Of a stretch of 64,000 bases of DNA, positions 59,460 through 64,000 are shown piece by piece (the first letter of the stretch is position 1; each line of letters opens with the position of its first letter). The translations under genes and the position numbers were made by a program. The stretch covers positions 259,287-323,286 of the forward strand of contig CAZFEE010000003.1 in NCBI GenBank assembly GCA_964517395.1, in the 5' to 3' direction. This DNA comes from an uncultured Nocardioides sp. GTDB lineage: Bacteria > Actinomycetota > Actinomycetes > Propionibacteriales > Nocardioidaceae. The notes beneath the pieces were generated by a model. The model made no database searches. It had not been told where the DNA came from and was given only the letters and a program-made list of their open reading frames with translations.

Positions 59460-61247
59460 TTGATCGGCATCCACGCCGAGCTCCTGGCTGGCGGCGATCG
59501 GGAGATCTTCCTGATCGCCGCCGGTCCGGACCACGAGGTCGCTGACGCCGCGAAGCGCCTCGAGCTCATCACCCCGCACTTCAAGAAGTCCACCCCGCCC
59601 GGCGGCCTCGTCGGGCCCTTGACCTGGAGCGCCATCGTGCAGCTGGCTTCCGCCTTCGGGCCCGCCTGGGCGCCCGGCCCCCGCCTGCAGGCGTGGATCC
59701 GGGAGCAGCAGGTGGCACGCGCCGCGGCGCTCCCGGCGAGCCTGTCGTACGAGCCGCCGGCCGGGCTCGTGCCGCGCCCCTACCAGGTCGCCGGCGCGCT
59801 GGAGATCGCGCGAACCGGCAAGACCCTGATCTTCGACGAGCCGCGCACCGGCAAGACCATCACGACGATCCTCGGCCTGGTCGAGCGCGCCTCCATGACG
59901 CACGCCCAGGGTCCTGTGCTCGTCATCTGCCCGGCCTCCGTCGTCGACCCGTGGGTCGAGGCGTGGCAGGCCTGGGCGCCACACGTGCGCACGACGGCGT
60001 ACCGCGGCCCAAAGCGCAAGGCGCTCGTCGGGCCTGAGCGCCAGCACGACGTGTTCGTCACGTCCTACGAGACCGCGCGCGACGCCTCCGAGCTCACCAA
60101 GCTCGGCGCCTGGGCGCTGGTCGTCGACGAGTGCCACTACGTGAAGAACCCGCAGGCGGCCCGCACCAAGGCGGTCAAGCGGCTGGCGAAGAACGCCGAG
60201 GCCTTCGTCGCGCTGTCCGGGACGCCGATCACGCACCACCCCGCCGACCTATTCCCGACCCTGGCCTGTCTGGAGCCCGGCGCCTACCCGTCGCGCGAGC
60301 GCTGGGTCAACCGCTACTGCACGGTCGACCTCGACGCGTACGACGAGGGCATCCTCGGCCTCAACCCCTTCACCGAGCCTGAGTTCAGGCTCACGATCCT
60401 CGGCCAGCACCGCCGGGTCGCGCGCGCCGACGTCATGGCCGAGCTGCCGCCGAAGGTCTACAGCGTGCGCACGGTCGACCTGCCGAAGACCTGGCGCAAG
60501 GTCTACGACGACTTCGAGAGCCAGATGCTCGCCGAGCTCCCCGACGGGACCGAGCTCAGCGTCATGGACGCCATGAGCATGTTCGGCCACCTCTCCCGGC
60601 TCGCCAGTGCCGCCGCGGAGGTCGAGATCACAGAGGGTCCCGACCTCTACCCCGACAACCACCCGAACGCCGGTCAGCCGAAGCGCCACGTGCACCTCAA
60701 CCTCAAGGCCCCGTCGTGGAAGGTCGACGCGCTGCTGGGGATCCTCGGCGAGCGCTGCGGCGCCGACGTACCGCCCGCGAACCGCGAGGGAGTGGTGGCG
60801 TTCGCCCCGTCGAGCCAGCTCGTCCGGCTCGCCGGGGAGGCCGCGAGCAAGGCCGGATACCGCGTCGGCTACATCGTCGGCGGGCAGACCCAGGCCGAGC
60901 GCACCGCCGCCCGCACCGCCTTCCAGGCCGGCGAGCTGGACCTGATCTGCGCCACCACAGGCGCCGGCGGGACCGGCATCACCCTGAGCCGGGCGGGCAC
61001 GATCGTCTTCCTGGCCCGGCCCTGGTCGCTCGTCGAGTCGCTGCAGGCCGAGGACCGCGGCGAGGGCGACATGGAGGCCACCCGCGGGACCGAGATCATC
61101 GACATCGTCGCGCGCAACACCATCGACACCCGCGTGCGCACCGTGCTCCGCGAGCGCGCCGGCCAGCTGGCGGACCTCGTCCAAGACCCCCGCATCGTCG
61201 CCCAGCTCCTCGGCGGGGCCGCCCCCACCTCAACCTCCGCGGCCTGA
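59460..61247 (+). CDS. SNF2-family helicase
   Basis: RPYQ, DEPRTGKT, VICPAS, VVDECH, LSGTP, AGGTGITL, QAEDR. Confidence 0.92.
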   Translation: MIGIHAELLAGGDREIFLIAAGPDHEVADAAKRLELITPHFKKSTPPGGLVGPLTWSAIVQLASAFGPAWAPGPRLQAWIREQQVARAAALPASLSYEPPAGLVPRPYQVAGALEIARTGKTLIFDEPRTGKTITTILGLVERASMTHAQGPVLVICPASVVDPWVEAWQAWAPHVRTTAYRGPKRKALVGPERQHDVFVTSYETARDASELTKLGAWALVVDECHYVKNPQAARTKAVKRLAKNAEAFVALSGTPITHHPADLFPTLACLEPGAYPSRERWVNRYCTVDLDAYDEGILGLNPFTEPEFRLTILGQHRRVARADVMAELPPKVYSVRTVDLPKTWRKVYDDFESQMLAELPDGTELSVMDAMSMFGHLSRLASAAAEVEITEGPDLYPDNHPNAGQPKRHVHLNLKAPSWKVDALLGILGERCGADVPPANREGVVAFAPSSQLVRLAGEAASKAGYRVGYIVGGQTQAERTAARTAFQAGELDLICATTGAGGTGITLSRAGTIVFLARPWSLVESLQAEDRGEGDMEATRGTEIIDIVARNTIDTRVRTVLRERAGQLADLVQDPRIVAQLLGGAAPTSTSAA

Positions 61248-61284
61248 TTGCCGCGCCTACAACCCGACCTCGAAAGGCGATCTC

Positions 61285-61761
61285 ATGAGCGACCTCAAGC
61301 CCGGCGAGTTCCGCGGGCGCTGCAACCTGGCTAAGCCGCACGCCGTCAGTGAGCTGCCGCATTACCTACGGCGCGAGTACGAAGAGAAGGGATGGCGGAA
61401 GGGCGTTCGCACGGTCCGCGTTAGGCGTGACCTGCGCCGAGTGGAGTGCTTTCTCGAGCCGCTCTGCGACGGGTTCGAGACCACCGATAAGGAGGCCTTC
61501 GAAGCTCACATGCGCGACGTGCACGGCAAGAGCCAAATGCGCGGGGAGAACGCCGCGCTGGTCGCCCGCGCAACCGGCCGCTGGCGCACACCGAAGGCTA
61601 AGCCCGACGGCACGCCGTATGTCGCCACCAAGGCCTTCGTCGGCCAGACCACTACCTGCGAGGGCTGCGGGCTGGTGATGGAGAACGGCAGCACCTACGC
61701 AGACGAGTTGTTCGTACGCGAGCACCTCGATTTCTGCGCGGGACGGGCGGGTGCGGCATGA
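61285..61761 (+). CDS. Phage hypothetical protein with zinc-finger-like motifs
   Basis: GAAAGG RBS; C....C...HM..VH and CEGCG...H...C. Confidence 0.7.
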   Translation: MSDLKPGEFRGRCNLAKPHAVSELPHYLRREYEEKGWRKGVRTVRVRRDLRRVECFLEPLCDGFETTDKEAFEAHMRDVHGKSQMRGENAALVARATGRWRTPKAKPDGTPYVATKAFVGQTTTCEGCGLVMENGSTYADELFVREHLDFCAGRAGAA

Positions 61762-61904
61762 CGCGCACGGAGGCAATCGCTCAGACGTTGCTCGAGCACA
61801 CCTTCAGCGATGAGGGCGAGTGCGTGTGCGGATGGGTCGGTCACGGGCCGCGGACGGCGGCGATTCACGTCGCAGAGCAGGTCGAGGCGGTGCTCGATGA
61901 CTGA
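61758..61904 (+). CDS. Small phage protein (48 aa)
   Basis: My translation MTRTEAIAQTLLEHTFSDEGECVCGWVGHGPRTAAIHVAEQVEAVLDD; overlap-coupled at both ends. Confidence 0.6.
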   Translation: MTRTEAIAQTLLEHTFSDEGECVCGWVGHGPRTAAIHVAEQVEAVLDD

Positions 61905-62508
61905 CGTGCGAACCTGCACCATCTGCGGCGAGACCAAGCCGCTGGAGACGGGCTTCTACACCTCGAAGCTGGGGCGCGGCGGCTACGCGAACCGCTGCAC
62001 GACGTGCGCCAACAAGCGCCCGCCGACGGCCAGCCGACTTGTGCGCAACCGAGCTCGCAGCCGGGCGTACGCCAAGCTCGCCGAGCTTCACCCCGAGGAG
62101 TTCGCCGAGCTGCTCGAGGAGCAGACCGTCGTCGCGCAGGCCGAGCACGAGCAGCTGGCGGCCAAGGCGCGGGCGAAGGGCAACCCCGACTCCGGCGTGG
62201 CGCGGATCAAGCCCGGGCCGAAACGGCGCACCGAGTCCGGCGCTGTGGACCGGGTCGACGTCGCTCGGTGCCCGTCGTGCCACACCCACCACGACGCCGC
62301 TCACCAGTGCCCGACCTGCGGGGACGAGACGCCCGAGCAGCCTCAACAGCATTCGCTCGCCGGCCGCCCCGTTCAGCCCTGGCAGATCCGCGAATGGGCG
62401 TTCGTCCAGGGCGTCGACTGCCCGCCCCGCGGCCCGGTCCCCCGCCGCGTGGTCGAGGCGTTCGCCCGTGCCCACCAGATGATGCCGAACCGGGCAGGCG
62501 CCCGATGA
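61897..62508 (+). CDS. Zinc-finger protein with C-terminal Lsr2-like DNA-binding domain
   Basis: CTICGETKP...FY...C..C, CPSC.....H.CPTCG, and QIREWA..QG....PRGPVP..VVEAF. Confidence 0.75.
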   Translation: MTDVRTCTICGETKPLETGFYTSKLGRGGYANRCTTCANKRPPTASRLVRNRARSRAYAKLAELHPEEFAELLEEQTVVAQAEHEQLAAKARAKGNPDSGVARIKPGPKRRTESGAVDRVDVARCPSCHTHHDAAHQCPTCGDETPEQPQQHSLAGRPVQPWQIREWAFVQGVDCPPRGPVPRRVVEAFARAHQMMPNRAGAR

Positions 62509-62513
62509 GCCGC

Positions 62514-62759
62514 CTAGATGAAGGTCGCCGAGGCCTGGCCCGGCTTCTTCTCGGGGTCGCGGTAGAAGATCAGCTGGCTCGGCGTGATGCCGTCCCTCTC
62601 GCCTTCCTCATCCCAGCGCTGCGTATCGGGAAGCACGCTGTGCAGTCGCCAGCCCTGCTTCTCCATCTCGTTGAGGTGCTTGGTCAAGGTCTGTTCCACC
62701 GACTGGTCTGTCGGCGACTGGCTGAACAGGTTGTCGAGCTGCGTGACGGTGTAGGGCAC
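62514..62759 (-). CDS. Counter-oriented small phage protein (DUF4177-like)
   Basis: GGAGG RBS; LNEM.KQGWRL.SV.P...LIFYR. Confidence 0.7.
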   Translation of the reverse strand: MPYTVTQLDNLFSQSPTDQSVEQTLTKHLNEMEKQGWRLHSVLPDTQRWDEEGERDGITPSQLIFYRDPEKKPGQASATFI

Positions 62760-62842
62760 GGGGCCTCCAGGTCTCGTCGGTGTTGGTCGTCGCAGGATGC
62801 CACAGGCGTCCGACTCAATCCCCCGGCTCTCGGTGGTGCGGC

Positions 62843-63331
62843 ATGACGCGCGTGATCGGCATCGACCCCGGCCCTGTGCCCGGTTTCGTCGTGCTGTGGA
62901 CCGGCGAGGGCCGGGTGTCGTCGATCGATGTCATTCAGTGCACGCACGAGGTCGCGGCCATGGTCTTCAACGGCCTGCTGAAGGACCACGGTCCGATGAT
63001 CGTCCAGGTCGAGCGCTTCGTCGTCGGCCGCAGCTCCATGCGCTCGGCCGGCCCGGGCGAGGTCACGCGCAACCTGATCGGCAACTTCCAGCGCCTGGTC
63101 ACCGAGCACAACGCCGCGGCCCGCACAACCGGCTACGGCCCCGTGTCGCTTCTCGAGCGCAGCGCCTCGCAGGTGAAGCCCTGGGCCACCGACGTCCGCC
63201 TCGAAGCCGCCGGGCTCCTGGCCGTCACCAAGGGCATGCGCCACTCGCGAGACGCTGCTCGTCACGCCCTCTTCGCGGCGGTCAAGGACGGCGACCTGCC
63301 GGACCCGCTGAGTCGGGGGTGGCGGCGGTGA
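62843..63331 (+). CDS. RuvC-like Holliday junction resolvase
   Basis: VIGIDPG..G, VQVERF, ..VK, H..DAARHAL. Confidence 0.8.
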   Translation: MTRVIGIDPGPVPGFVVLWTGEGRVSSIDVIQCTHEVAAMVFNGLLKDHGPMIVQVERFVVGRSSMRSAGPGEVTRNLIGNFQRLVTEHNAAARTTGYGPVSLLERSASQVKPWATDVRLEAAGLLAVTKGMRHSRDAARHALFAAVKDGDLPDPLSRGWRR

Positions 63332-63828
63332 GGGTCTACACGCGGACACCGGTCATCGATCGGATCATGGCCAAGGTCGTCATGGAGGGTGACTGCTGGG
63401 TCTGGACCGGTGCCGTCGGCAGCTCCGGCTACGGCCACGTCGCTGCCGGCGGTCGGCGCGGGGGCATGGTCTCTGTGCACCGCACGGTCTGGGAGCACCA
63501 GAACGGCCCCATCCCGGACGGCCTCCAGCTCGATCACCTGTGTGGCGTCATCCGGTGCTGCAACCCCGAGCACCTCGAGCCCGTGACGCACAAGGAGAAC
63601 CAGCGCCGTCGCGCAGCTCGCATCGCCCACTGCAAGAACGGCCACGCCTTCACCGAGGCCAACACGCGGCACGGCAAAAACGGCCGCGAGTGCCGTGCCT
63701 GCCACGCCGACCGCGAGCGGAAGCGCCGAGCTCGGCGCAAGACCGCCCGGCACGCACTCTTCGCCGCCGTGAAGGACGGCGGTCTCCCCGACCCACTCAG
63801 CAACCGATTCAAGGAGCAGAACCGATGA
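63328..63828 (+). CDS. Free-standing HNH (homing-type) endonuclease
   Basis: CWVWTG....GYG, HR..WE...GPIP.GL.LDHLC....CCNPEHLEPVT..EN, HCKNGH...ECRAC. Confidence 0.88.
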   Translation: MRVYTRTPVIDRIMAKVVMEGDCWVWTGAVGSSGYGHVAAGGRRGGMVSVHRTVWEHQNGPIPDGLQLDHLCGVIRCCNPEHLEPVTHKENQRRRAARIAHCKNGHAFTEANTRHGKNGRECRACHADRERKRRARRKTARHALFAAVKDGGLPDPLSNRFKEQNR

Positions 63829-64000
63829 CCACCAAGACCGCCGCGCCCGCGGTGCCCACCCCGACCCTGAAGTACAGGCTCAGCGGCGCCGACGACCCGA
63901 GCCGCATCGTTCGTTGCGACGGGCCGCCGCTCTTCGCCGCCTTCCGGGCGACAGCCTCCATCTCCCACTTCGGTGCCCTTCGGTTCTACGTGGAGGGCCC
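63825..64000 (+). CDS. Phage hypothetical protein, partial
   Basis: AAGGAG RBS, ATGA overlap, open to the window end. Confidence 0.6.
   Translation, partial: MTTKTAAPAVPTPTLKYRLSGADDPSRIVRCDGPPLFAAFRATASISHFGALRFYVEG

Larger units (their letters stand above)
51241..64000. mobile_element. Prophage, left arm (serine integrase type); continues beyond the window
   Basis: Order: integrase, ImmA, repressor, divergent Cro, then tightly coupled early genes (HNH, Cas4-like exonuclease, SNF2 helicase, RuvC-like). No structural genes within the window. Confidence 0.88.

Overview
High-GC actinobacterial chromosome segment (gene content and the tmRNA tag suggest Nocardioides or a relative; inference). 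Four blocks. (1) 1-13.7 kb, minus strand: a secreted ~3200-aa Rhs/YD polymorphic toxin (LamG insert, Hint domain, HNH-like nuclease tip), a Tdi1/DUF1851-type immunity gene and two paralogous secreted proteins, preceded by an OmpR/MprA-type triple hexamer box. (2) 13.9-30.8 kb: core genes (tmRNA, smpB, M23 peptidase, ftsX, ftsE, prfB) plus several secreted enzymes. (3) 30.8-49.1 kb, minus strand: a giant ~4190-aa Rhs toxin (Kelch, LamG, RCC1 and Gly-rich domains, Hint, ADP-ribosyltransferase-like tip) followed by a 5.7-kb array of orphan toxin tips and eight immunity genes or fragments, many individually broken. (4) 49.7-64 kb: the distal end of a Tad/Flp pilus operon whose tadC is cut by a serine-integrase prophage. 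The prophage carries ImmA, repressor, Cro, a phiRv1-type RDF candidate and early/replication genes, and runs off the window. Highlights: prophage insertion inside tadC, the Rhs orphan archive with a repeated palindromic junction motif, and an HNH endonuclease that duplicates a synonymously recoded end of the RuvC-like gene. All family assignments are from motif recognition by eye; no database searches were run.
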